Shown here: positions 38,087 through 50,409 of the stretch, one piece after another
Numbering within the stretch: position 1 is the first letter of the stretch
Layout of the letters: every line of letters begins with the position of its first letter
From: Eledone cirrhosa
Lineage: Eukaryota
Reading direction: 5' to 3'
NCBI GenBank assembly: GCA_964016885.1
Contig: OZ024741.1
Coordinates: forward strand, 382,230,001-382,294,000
DNA length: 64,000 nucleotides
Made by a program: the position numbers and the translations under genes
Notes under the pieces: model-generated
Database searches by the model: none
Told to the model about the DNA's origin: nothing
Seen by the model: the letters and a program-made list of their open reading frames with translations, nothing else

Positions 38087-38420
38087 CGATATTAAATAAA
38101 TGGAAACTATATTTATAAAACCATATTTATTTCACTATACATATTTCAGGGATACCAAATTAAAATATGGTATGCCTTCAGCAGATAACATACAATATAT
38201 AAACAGTGTTATAAATAATTTTGACGTACCCTATTAGATGCAACCATTATTCCAAAAATAATGGTTGCATCTAATAGGGTACGTCAAAATTATTTATAAA
38301 ACTGTTTATATATTGTATTTTATCTGATGAAGGCATACCACATTTTAATTTGGTATCCCTGAAATATGTATAGTGAAATGAATATGGTTTTATAAATATA
38401 GTTTCCATTTATTTAATATC

Positions 38421-38421
<1 letters not shown>
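38087..38421. repeat. Near-perfect palindrome (~165-bp arms, ~5-nt spacer) with a hammerhead-like motif in each arm
   Basis: Arms are reverse complements; right arm has CTGATGA-AGGCATACC...GGTATCCCT-GAAA at 38324-38364. Confidence 0.9.
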
Positions 38422-38475
<54 letters not shown>

Positions 38476-38619
38476 CATATATATATATATATATATAGTA
38501 ATAATAATAAAATTGAAGACTAAAATCCAAAGAGGGCTCGATAAGGAAAATATATATCAAATATATAAGAACCGTAGAGCAAATATATATATATGTACAT
38601 ATATATATATATATATATA

Positions 38620-40835
38620 TATGATAAAAAAATCCAATAGTACCCCATTCGACGTGAGTATGGGCGCCAGTGACTCTGCGGAGGTTACTGATCTTATTGG
38701 CCTTTTCCTTCTTTTCTCTATCAAGGACGAATTCCCCAACGCGGGCGGTGGTTTGTACCGTGACGATGGTCTTTTGACCATGACTAAGTGCGGACCTCGT
38801 GCTTGCGACAGGTTCAGAAAAGAACACACAGCCTTCTTTAAAGGCTTCAACCTCTCTATACAGGTTGAGGCCAATCTCTCGGTCGTTAATTACCTCGACG
38901 TTACCCTCAATTTATTGAATGGGTTGTATTACCCCTATAGAAAGCCAAATGATACGCTTAATTACATAAGTAAGCATTCCAACCATCCTGCCAGCATAAC
39001 CAAGAACCTGGTAAGAAACGTTTCGTTGAGGCTTTCCCGTCTTTCCACCAACGAGCGCATTTTCAACGACCATTCCACTTATTACAATGAAGCTCTTGCT
39101 CGAAGTGGATTTGTCGATAAGGTAGCATATACAGAGTATGAAAATAGACCTAGAAGAAATAGATCCCGTCGCATTTGTTGGTTTAACCCACCATATAATA
39201 TGGAGGTGGCCACACCATTAGCTAAGATCTTTCTTTCCCTTATTACGAAGCATTTTCCCCCTACACATAAATATAGTAACATTTTTAATAGAAATACTAT
39301 TAACCTTTCTTACTCTACGACTCCTAACCTTGCACATAACATCACAGCCTCAAATTTAGCTAATCTACCTAGCCGTAGGAACACGTGCAACCCTGTAGTT
39401 AGTACTAACTGTAATTGTAGGAATCGGGCTGATTGCCCCCTATCCGGGAAATGCCTCTCTAGTAACATTGTCTACAAATGTAAGGTTGTAACACACGTCC
39501 CGTAGGGCCTACATAGGGTTAACCGCCAATAGTTTCAAGCAGCGTCTTTACATGCATACCCATTCTTTTCGTTACCCTCTAAGAAGGAATATGACGTCAC
39601 TTTCAGCTCATATCTGGAGTCTAAAAGACAACCACACCCAATATAAGTTACACTGGGAGATCCTAGCTAGGGCTAGATCGTATAACGGAAATAAAAGACC
39701 ATGTGACCTCTGTGCCGCTGAGGCCCTGGAAATACTCTACGCCACAGACCACATCTTAAACAAAAAATCTGAGGCAATTTCGGCTTGTAAACATAAATTG
39801 CACAAAACTTTCCTGTATTACAGCCCCACGTTATACCCTAACGGATAGCACGATCTATACGTGGATATTTTACGTCTTGATGTGGGAGCTAAGTATATGT
39901 TTTGTTTATTCCTTTACTTATTTGCATAGGTAAGTATATATTACCCATATGTTTTGTGAAGGTATGTACACCTTCTCGTACGTATATTTGACTGTTATGG
40001 CGTATAATGTTTACATATCCTGGTATTTAGGGTTTGGCTATGTGTATACAGGAGTTTTGCGTCCGAGTGAGTATGCAGGTTCGTACGTATGGTGGGTGGG
40101 TGTATATGTGTACTTCTTGTTTTAGTTGACTTACGTCTCCGAACATTCGTGTATTTATATGTAGGTATGTGTGTGCGCTTGTTATATACGTATTTATTTA
40201 CTTATATACGTTTATATAATTATTTATTTATTTGTACACAAGCATACACACACACACATATTTATATGTGCGTGTTTTTGTATACCTATGGTAAGGTTTT
40301 GCGTATGCTTGTGTATGTACGTATCTGTTTGCGTGTATGTATTTATTTATTTCTATTACTTCTGTATTGTATTTATTTACTTTGTTCTTAACTCTGTAGC
40401 GGAGATTCATTTGGTCTCCTAGTTAGAATTTTAGTCTACGACTTCTGCTATACCATTTACGTGGTTTTGTCTTTGCGTGCTTTTGTTCTCCACGCTCCAC
40501 ATATGACTTATTATCTTCGTTTTTTCGTTCATTGCCAGAGAACGTCTCTATGCACCACCTAAGAGAACATTAGTCTACGACCTCTTTTATACCATATACG
40601 TCTTTGCGCGTAATTGTTTTTCACCGCTCCTGTTAATGACGTTTATTCGTTTTTTCCCGTTCTTTACCAGCGAACGTTACCACGAACCAAAGTATCGTCT
40701 TCCTGTCTTCCTCCGGTTGCAACGTTTTTTGAAATATCCAGTTCTGCGTTTACAGATTGACTTTGTTAGTTTCAGAAGATCCCGTTAAGGGTGAAAGCAG
40801 CGATTCTTTGCTTAAACTTTAATCTGTTATTTTAA

Positions 40836-40838
<3 letters not shown>
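38620..40838 (+). mobile_element. 5'-truncated Penelope-like element (Naiad-type) with a partially duplicated 3' terminal repeat, (TA)n on both sides
   Basis: RT-GIY-YIG remnant followed by a 3' region; TTAGTCTACGAC... repeated at ~40431 and ~40570. Confidence 0.85.
38621..39848 (+). pseudogene. Penelope-like RT C-half + GIY-YIG endonuclease, frameshift at ~39500
   Basis: FDVSMGASDSAEV, GLYRDDGL, WFNPPY, CNCRNRADCPLSGKCL, IVYKC...(shift)...AYIGLTANSFKQR, CDLCAAE. Confidence 0.88.
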
Positions 40839-40866
<28 letters not shown>

Positions 40867-40867
40867 G

Positions 40868-41000
40868 AAGGCGTGTGACTGAGTGGTTAGAGAATTGGAT
40901 TCGCAATCGTGAGGTTATGAGTTTGATTCCTGGACCAGGCGATGCGTTATGTCCTTGAGCAAGACACTTTATTTCATGTTGCTCTTTCTACCTGGAGTTG
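40868..41000 (+). mobile_element. tRNA-derived SINE, family B
   Basis: A-box-like TGACTGAGTGG, B-box-like GAGTTTGATTCC, then GTCCTTGAGCAAGACACTT. Confidence 0.7.
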
Positions 41001-41297
41001 CGACCGATAGATAGTATTAGCAATTGGAAATACCAACGGAGTCATTGTTTCCTCGGTCCGATTTGACGAAAGTCGATAGTTCCTTCGTTCATATATATAT
41101 ATGCATACATATATATATATACATAATAAAGAATTCATATCTAGTAACATATATATACATACAGATGCATATCAATGCTAGCAAATATATAGGTTTTGTC
41201 TTAATAACAGTGTGGTTCAATGCATGGGGTTGCAGAACAATAATATAAGAGACGTAAAATAAGAAAATTATAAAATTAACTTACTTACTAAAGTATC

Positions 41298-41380
41298 ACT
41301 TCCAACTAATTAGTTTCTGGAATGGAGTAAATATATTTTCCGAAGAATAATACAGAAAAGCATTCCGTCGCCAGGAGAGT
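41298..41380 (-). ncRNA. Hammerhead copy with mutated core (CUGGCGA)
   Basis: Reverse complement of 42053-42135 with A6->G. Confidence 0.6.
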
Positions 41381-41529
41381 CTATTCTCATGTAATTTTCC
41401 AGGCAAAGCGAGGACACTGGAAACTTATTAAAAAATAATTCAGTGGATAGGAAATAGCAAAGCGTGGACTGAATTCCAAGCCATTGAGAAAATCACTGCC
41501 TCTACGCCTGGAAACTTACATGAGAATAG

Positions 41530-41612
41530 ACTTTCCTGACGACGGAATGCTTTTCTATATTATTCTTCGGAAAATATATTTACTCCATTCCAGAAACTAA
41601 TTAGTTGGACGT
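41530..41612 (+). ncRNA. Type I hammerhead ribozyme
   Basis: ACUUUC-CUGACGA-c-GGAAUG...CAUUCC-a-GAA-ACUAAUUAGU-U-GGACGU (one stem I mismatch). Confidence 0.8.
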
Positions 41613-42052
41613 GATATTTTAGTATGTAACTTAATTTTATAATTTTCTTATTTTACGTCTCTTATATTATTGTTCTGCAACCCCATGCATTGAACCACAC
41701 TGTTATTAAGACAAAACCTATATATTTGCTAGCATTGATATGCATCTGTATGTATATATATGTTACTAGATATGAATTCTTTATTATTATCTCCAAATTA
41801 TTTGTCGAGCAATATTGGCCATGACTGCTGCTACGGTTGTAGGCAGGCCGCTGTCTTATTAGCAAACCACTTTCCACTGATTGACCTCGATGTCACGTGT
41901 TCGATTCTTTTTGAATTTGCCACAGACGTAGAGGCAGTGATTTTCTCAATGGCTTGGAATTCAGTCCACGCTTTGCTATTTCCTATCCACTGAATTATTT
42001 TTTAATATGTTTCCAGTGTCCTTGCTTTGCCTGGAAACTTACATGAGAATAG

Positions 42053-42135
42053 ACTTTCCTGACGACGGAATGCGTTTCTGTATTATTCTTCGGAAAATAT
42101 ATTTACTCCATTCCAGAAACTAATTAGTTGGAAGT
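42053..42135 (+). ncRNA. Type I hammerhead ribozyme
   Basis: ACUUUC-CUGACGA-c-GGAAUG...CAUUCC-a-GAA-ACUAAUUAGU-U-GGAAGU. Confidence 0.85.
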
Positions 42136-42198
42136 GATATTTTAGTAAGTAAGTTAATTTTATAATTTTCTTATTTTACGTCTCTTATATACATATAT

Positions 42199-42264
<66 letters not shown>

Positions 42265-42368
42265 ATAAATTATATATGTATATCACGATAAATTAACGGA
42301 GCCATAGGCTCTCGTTATTCCATGTCAATAATGTGCTCAAAGGAAAAGGAATCCTGAGCTCTTTAAAA

Positions 42369-42800
42369 TACAATATGTTGAAAAGGTAACACACTAAAGA
42401 GTGTGCCATGAATAAAACAAGGTAAACTACCAGTGTAAGGAGTCTATAATGTATGGAAGGCACAATAATTAAACATAGGAATTAATTAAACATAAGAATT
42501 AAAATGTATATACGCACCTCTATAACTATATAGCACACTCGTAAAAATCCAAGGAGATCTGTCTCGCCAGGGACTTGTTGACTAAATTGGAATAGCGCGT
42601 GTAATTCGACAACGTCGTGGCGAAACAGATCTGTTTGGATTTGTACGCGTGTGTTATAGAGGTGATTATATACTCTTTAATTTATATTTTTTATTATTGT
42701 GTCTACCCTGCCTTCCACAAATTATAAACTCCATACACTGGTGGTTTTATCGATGGCACACTATCTCTCTTTAGTGTGTTACATTTTCAACATATTGTAT
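42369..42800. mobile_element. Foldback/MITE-like imperfect palindrome between (TA)n tracts
   Basis: TACAATATGTTGAAAAGGTAACACACTAAAGAG at left versus CTCTTTAGTGTGTTACATTTTCAACATATTGTA at right; pairing continues toward the centre (~42590). Confidence 0.7.
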
Positions 42801-42804
42801 ATAA

Positions 42805-42910
<106 letters not shown>

Positions 42911-45884
42911 ATGATATTAATAAATGGAAACTATATTTATAAAACTATATTTATTTTATTATATATCTTTCAAGGGTACCAACATTTAGCTTAAAAATAT
43001 ATATATATGATTGCATTTTCTACTTTTCCTAATTGGTGTACGCGATGTACATTAACCTACACTAGAATTAGCATAACTAACTTGAATTTTTTTCTTTCGA
43101 ATGGAACCAATCTGAAATTAAGACTTCTGTGTCAGAAAAGGGTAAGTACATGAAGCTCATAAACATGAAGCTCATAACCCAGGAAAGTTACGTTACATAA
43201 ATATAACTATCGCAGCCGTTCTTATGATTCTAATCGCCGATTATCTGTGATGTAAAAGGAGAATGTTGTATTTGCGCTACATTTAGCTGATGTGTAGCAG
43301 TTTGATCAATCACATAAATTATCAATATTTACGCGTATGTCTCTGACATTAAATCGGAGAATCCCCCATTTACTATAAAATATTTAACTTTAATGCTCAG
43401 TTTATCAATTTTATGTGATAAGTAATTATTTCCAAAGATGAACTTTCAATTCATCTTTGGAAATATGTGACATTTGCTCCCTAGCAATAACCTTGCCACA
43501 GAGGTTTCTCACAGTGTCAAGGATTTTATATGTTTTAATGTTCTACATGTATGAAATACTCATCAAATATGAAAAAAGCTTCTAGGTAATTTGTAACACT
43601 CATCAAATTTCCTTTCCACCAGTAATCCACCATCATACTATATATATCCCAATATCTCATCAATTCATGTTGTTGTAACTCACATATTTTACATTTTTCA
43701 AGAACATTCTATACCGATAGACACTTGGTGAATGATCCGATATGTAAAATCCTGACATGCATTTTGAAATCTATTGGGTCCAACATCATGGCTATTCTAA
43801 ATGGTAGTCTGTTCCGGAATGAGGAAATCATTGTACTTTAATAATTCCCAGTTGATAGTAGGCAGTCTATCACAAGAAAGAATATCAAATGTTATCACAA
43901 CATATTGCGGGTTGATTGAAATTCATAAACAAGAGAAATTCTACTTCACCATTGGAAATATTAATTATAGCGCGCAAGTGTTCGATGATCACATTAGTTT
44001 CTGTTAATACCAATCATATATATGGTATGATTTATAACTGGAGTATATGTAGTCTTGCTCTTAACATTTTTAAGCGCTCCCACAGAAGTAAAATGAATTT
44101 ACATATTTTCTATCTCTTTAAATTGAAGTAAATGAAGTAAACGGTGATACAATAGAACATGAAGTATTACGCCATGCATATAGAACGAGAGTTGGGGTGT
44201 AGCACATGCGAGACAACTGCAAAAACAGGCTATGTTATGGATGGTACGTGAATTGTAACTATAAAAAAGTAGAAGTCTTAGCAATAGAACAGAAATAAAT
44301 ATATTTCCTACACCTCAACTAGTGATTTAATGTGACAATGACTGAGTCTGGTTTCGCTATAGAACCAAGAAGTAATCAACAAAGTGGCAGGTAGAATAAC
44401 GAACAGTTAGGTAACTTTAGTTATTCCTTTAAAATGTGTTTTTTGAGATTACAAGATAAAATAAACCTCACCTTTCATTAGACTGAACAGATATATTAGT
44501 TTATTTCTAGTTTAGGTTTCTATAACTGATGATCAAAGTAGAGAAACACAAAATGTATATAATGTTCGTGTAACTATGTTACGAGTTTCGCAAATATTTT
44601 TGTTTATTTCTATTTTTATATTTATTTTAAAATATTTTTGCATTTGCATCGAAAACAAAAATTGCGTTTATTTATTATTATTTTTTTTTTTTGGCGTTGA
44701 TTTACGCAATCATTTTAAAACAGAACATTATATCCTTTGATAAGCACGGTAGTTACATTTAAGGCCTAACTGAAATAAACTGCAAAATGCATCCATGTAT
44801 CACATGCGTATCTCTAAAGAAATAGAATTCCGAAAATAAATAATCAATATTTATCCTAATTTAGCACTTCAATGCAGTTTTGTAATTGAACAGGATGTAA
44901 TAGGCTGACGAACATAGCTCGTTTTTATCAGTTTTATGAAAATTAGTTGAATATTACTTCAACAGTTTGTATAAACAATTGTGCATCGTACGTATGTATG
45001 CTTAAGAAGAAACATACTTCATTGCATTCATCGGAAAATACCTCATAATAATTAATAAAGATGAAAGAGATATGACATATATGTAGTAAACATAAAGTTA
45101 TATATAATGGTGAATGCAAACGTGCAATGAAATTTTGCAAATGTATTTTTATATATTAGCAGTTATGTTTTATTTAACGGAAGACAGAGATTTAAAATAT
45201 GCTAAATGAATGACTGCAGATCTCGTTGAAAATTCAAATAAGTGTGCATCTCATTAGAAGAATACAGTTATTTGTCACTTGTGATGAAACTATCCATTGA
45301 TCATATTGTCTCCATAATTTATTTAATCAAGCCGGAAATGCAGATGAAACACGAATTGCATTAAATTAAAATTGTATGTGTTCTCTCCAATCTCATGTTG
45401 CAGTGGTGTGAACGGATATGATGCAATACAACCCACTTAGAGACGGAAATATTGTAATGCAAAATGCATAATCAATTCCATATACAGTAATTGTTTTTTT
45501 GTAGTTAATAATTGATTCTTCGAACAGCATTAACATGATAGTGCAATGTAATATCCAATATACACATGGAAGATCATTTCAAAAGTAACCCCCAAACTAC
45601 CAAGAAATTACTGGTGGTACCAGCAATAGCACTAACGGTACTATTACATTCTCTATCTCGTCCCTTCAACTCATTAAGAAATATTTCATTACCAACTTCT
45701 TCAAATTGTCATAGTAGCATGTGTCAATTGTCTGCGAATAAAACTACGACTAGTATTCCTCCACCTCACCCCCATCCACCTCCTCCTCCTCCTCCTCCTC
45801 CTCCTCCTCCTCCTCCTACTACTACTACTACCACTACTACTACTAGTAGTAGTAGTAGCAGTAGTAGTAGTAATTATTATTTTA

Positions 45885-48800
45885 TTGGCAACGAGGGCCG
45901 ACATATAATGGACTATGGATGTTTAAGTATAAAGCTTGTAAAAATATAAATATCAATAACAAAATAACAATAAAAATACAAGAATGAATATGTCCTAATA
46001 GCGATGATAACCACACAGAGTTGACTCAGGTATCCCACCAATCTTGAACCACCCGACGCATCGTTGACACTGTGGAATGGCACACTTCTCCTCCTCAAAT
46101 TAACAAGCTTACAGGTGCTTGCTTAGGATAGGCCCTTTCACAAGGGCCATTCTCGCAACATTAACCAGTTCTTTAGCAAATGTACTGGAGGATACCACTT
46201 ATTCCTCCACCTTCAACTTTCATTCAAAGTGAAAGTTGAAAAAGTTGAATAGTTATTGGGCGAAGAGAAAAGTGCTTCTTTTCAGTCCTTTCGACCTCGT
46301 CCACCAATCAACATCTTTCGCTAGCACCAGCAGACAGAGGAAATTTTCCTGCCCTCGCTGGCCAAAAGAAGGCGGTGGGTCGATCTTCACTATAGGATTC
46401 GGTCGATAGCTGGATCCTTTCTACACGTTATAACTGCTGTTTAACATAAATCTATAAGTCAGCTATGTACGGACACTGGAAGAGTGCGTGAATAATTGTT
46501 TCGTGTTCTGCACGCATCTTGGGCAGATCCATCTGAGAGCACTTCCTTGCCTGAAGAGTATATCTCGAAACGGCAGTGCAGGTAGCATTGCCAAGCGTGA
46601 GATTTCTGGAAGTTGTCCATAGCCCTCAGCTCGAAAGTCCTCCGGAATATACAGGTCAGTTCGAGTTGGTCGACGCCCAAAGCAACTTGCCCACCAATTA
46701 TCCTCTATAGATCTTGGGAGTGGAAATTCCACTGACCGCATTGCTCGCCTGGAAGAGAGCGGTGTGTGCCTAGCCACATTCCAGATGCCACCGCCCAGTC
46801 TTGTTCTCTTCTTGACCAAGGACTGCAGCTCAGTCAAACTATCGATCTGCGGGAAAGCCCGTCTCACAAACGGTCACCACACCTGTTCACCATTTAGGCA
46901 GCACATCTGGAGATACCACTGTCTCAATGCATGTTTGCGCATCATTAGCCACGGCCATTCCAGGCCTCCGCGTAGAGGGTGCTTGCAGAATTGGCCACCA
47001 CACCTACGGAACCACACCAACAGTAAAAGATGAGACGTTCCCAGAAAAGCTTCTAAGCGCCTAAAGAAGTTCGTCCGTGCCACTCCTGTAGCGTATACGC
47101 TATTGTTCACGTCCAAGACCACCAATTTACCGTCTGCGTCAAGGAAAATTCCCCTTACATTGAGATTCAAGCCTTTCCAAAACAGGAAAACATCACTGCC
47201 AACCCAACTCACTTTTCTGGCCGACTAACTGATGTGATGATCAGATAGTCATCGAAAATATGAGTTTGTGCGCGCGTGTCGATAACACTGGTCTCGCATC
47301 CGGCAATCACATCCATATATACAGTCAAGAGATCGTTGAGCAAGTGACCCTTCTTACAGAACGACACCAGCCCACAGACATTTATGCATCCAACTCTTAG
47401 CATCATCATATTGTTAGGCTAAATAAAAGAGAGGAAATGCTTCCTTGCCTACCACAATCTTCTCGAGGTTTTCCGGTTAGGGATCCCCACGTCGTCAGAA
47501 AAGCTTTCCATAATGTTTTGGCTTCTGCGACTTCAGCATTGTTTGGGGCACTTCGAACGTACAGGTGGCAAATGTGTTACCCTCTTTCTCAATGTCTTGG
47601 CTTCGTGTTACAAGCACCAAGAATTTTTTGTTCGACTTTCTTAGTAACAGGAAGTTGGGTATGTCAGTAATTGTAGGTTTCTGCGCGTTTCATTTTGTTT
47701 GGCATGTTTTGTGTTTGTGTCTGTGTTATTGATGGTTGTCGTGGTGGTGTTGTTGCGGGTGTGCCTGTCTATGCTGCGGGTGTGATTTGTCTTTGGATCA
47801 GAATTTTACTTTTTCATTATGTGTTTTCTTTGTGGAATTCTTTCTTTTTTTGTGTTCCCCGCTCATCTTCACTTGAATATATGGAGTTACTGGTGTCTGG
47901 AGAATCTGTCTCAGAGGGGAGCTGGAGTATGGTTTCAGGTGTGTGAATTTTTATTAGTGTGTGTGTGTTTGAAAGAGGGGTAGAGAGTGAGCTTCTTTGA
48001 GCGACTCCCTAGGTGTGTAGCTGCTTTTGTTGTTGTTGCTGGTATTGCTGTTTGCTTAGCTGTTGCTTCTGTTGATGCTGGTGATGTATTTTGTACCGGC
48101 ATCGGTGTTGGCAGCTGTGGAGGGTTTCGGCCCCTTCCAATTTTATAGCTCAGGGCAGAGGGCTCACAAGAAATTTGTTTCGCCGCAAACGAAACAGTGC
48201 GGTTTTTTGCCCCAGGTCATTGCTTGCAGAGTGGTCCCATTTTGGAGACGGATTGCTCCGGTCTGATTTGTAAAAGTATCTCCAGGTCAACCCCCGGACC
48301 AGTTATCTCTGGCTGTTCTGGTTACCTCGATCGAGACGCCATATGTTCCCTCCACAATCACGCCTCCCAGGGGCCATCAGATGTCTAGTCCAGGTAGAAT
48401 CCTGTCTTTATATTTTCTTTTCCTCATATGCTAGGGGTACATTATAACCTTACTGGTTTTGTAAGGTGTCATTGCACGTTTCATAGCAAGGGCCTCTGAC
48501 TTAAACAGCGCCGAAAGGGTGTCGAATTATCTGCCCCACGCTATGTATTCCATATCCTCTCTGATGCGCCTCAGTTCAACCTCGACTTCTCCATGGGGTT
48601 TTTGGTTGCTTCTTTTGCCTCAGCTGAGATGAATCTAAAGATCAGAGTTCTCTTCTCCAATGCTCCATGGCCTCTTCCAGGACGATTAAGTTCACCCAGG
48701 TTTGCTCATGTTTGATGAGCTTCCATGCCTGGCCAAAATGTTTTCTTTGACAGTCAGGTCAATGTTAAAGCATGACCTTTTTGTGGCTACTGCTGCTGCG

Positions 48801-49380
48801 AAAGAGTTTTTCTCTTTGTTGTCGTTGCTGTTGTTGATGTTGTGGAACCTGTCGTTGTTGCTTTTTTGCTATCTTTCGTTGACTGTGTTGTTGTAGGTGT
48901 TATCGTTCTGACGTTTTTTGGTGATGTCATTGTTTTTCACATTTCTATTTTCGTTAATGTTAGTTTTGGTGTTGGTATTGTCAATTTGTTTATATTAGTG
49001 TCCTCAATATTGTTGGTGTAGTTGATGTTGTTGTTGGTGCTGTTGTTGGCGATACTGCCTAATGTGGTGTCGGTATTCATATTTGTTTTGGAAGTGGCGG
49101 CGTTATTCGCCTGAACGTTTGAGCCGCTGCCACACGACAACTGACTAAAAGGTGGATGCGTGTCTCTACCATGTTTTTTGTATTTTGTATTTTGTTTTAA
49201 ACAAAATGTAATATTTGGGCCAAAAGCCCAAATATTATAGTTCCCCCTTCACAGGGCAAAGTCCAAGGTCTTATGTCCCTGTCACGACAACAACAAAATT
49301 AACAATAAATGATTCATAACAAGTAAATAAAGAGAGTTACGAGAGGAAGCAACCAAGACGTCATACGACACAAATAAACA
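45885..49380 (-). mobile_element. Old, degraded Tx1-family element (copy 3) with the RT domain deleted
   Basis: ORF2 start MMMLRVGCINVCGLVSFCKKGHLLNDL at 47409; IFLDADGKLVVLDV; HPLRGGLEWPWLMMR; MDNFQKSHAWQCY; ORF1 knuckle remnant HCFVCGE near 48180. Confidence 0.85.
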
Positions 49381-50409
49381 ATAATGATAATAGTAATAAG
49401 TGAATTATTCAGCCCATCTCTCGAGTGTGCATTACATCAAGACTATATTTTGATGAGCCTGATCTTCAATCATCTTCGCAGAATAACTTGCTGCAAGTTG
49501 AGTTCATAAGCGCAAATATATTTTAACTTAAGAACCTTTATTTAAAATCTAATCAGAAGAGATCATATGATTAGGAGCGCTATTTCATGTTTCTCGCTTG
49601 AAAACTACTGTAAAGGTTTTATTGTTATTATTTTTTCCAGGTCGAATAGACGCTTCAAGATAAAAATCCACCAGACCTAAAAGTAGGCGTAAGTCTTATT
49701 AATATAAACTCTGACCATATCGTTATAACACGAAATATTATCTTCTTCGCTCAGTTAAGAAAAAAATACAATTGAATGAATCTTTAGCATAAGATTCTCT
49801 CATGAATACAGTAATAATTGTCTTCAAATAGATACTTTATATTGGTTACGTAGATGTGACGCGCACCAAGAGGAAAGACTCTGCTACCAACAGGTAGAGT
49901 CATTTCCACCCTCGAGAGAAGAAATCAATACTTCATAAAAGCTCGTTATGTTTTACCCTAATACAGCAGTCCTATCACATTATATATATATATATATATA
50001 TGCGTGTGTGGGTGTGTTGGTGTGTCTGTGTGTGTCTCTGTGTCTATGCCTGTGTGTGCTTGTGTGTACGTGTGTGTGTGTCTATGTATGTATTTAGATA
50101 TATAGATAAATGTATCATAAACATATGCAATACATTGCAAATTGAATTGGTATGTTTGCATCATATATCTCCCAACGATTGCAAATCCAGCGAAAAAAAA
50201 ATAGAATATATTATAGGAAGTCACATGCTTTCGAATGAAATTCTATTTTCAATTTATAGCTTTTCTAAAAACAAAAAGATTACGATGCAAAAAGACAGAA
50301 ATCATCAATTTCCTATTTATGAAAAACGGCAAATGACAAGCAGTTTAGCAAAAAGATGATACATTTAACTGTAGTAAAATTGCAAAAGATGAAATAGATT
50401 ATTTTTTTC

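Larger units (their letters stand above)
41125..42187 (+). mobile_element. Non-coding tandem/inverted hammerhead element (523-nt unit), retrozyme-like or Penelope pLTR-derived
   Basis: Inverted segment 41125-41507 followed by about 1.3 direct units; three hammerhead copies; (TA)n on both sides. Confidence 0.8.

Noticed and set aside
39400-39850. Selenocysteine recoding, reported for some Naiad elements
   Set aside because: The Cys motifs use TGT/TGC, and the break at ~39503 is a TAG caused by a frameshift, not an in-frame TGA.
40383-40435. Hammerhead- or twister-like motif (UAACUCUGUAGC...; also at 31143-31190)
   Set aside because: Neither core is complete (CUGUAGC or CUGAAGC, no proper GAAA-stem III); possibly decayed.
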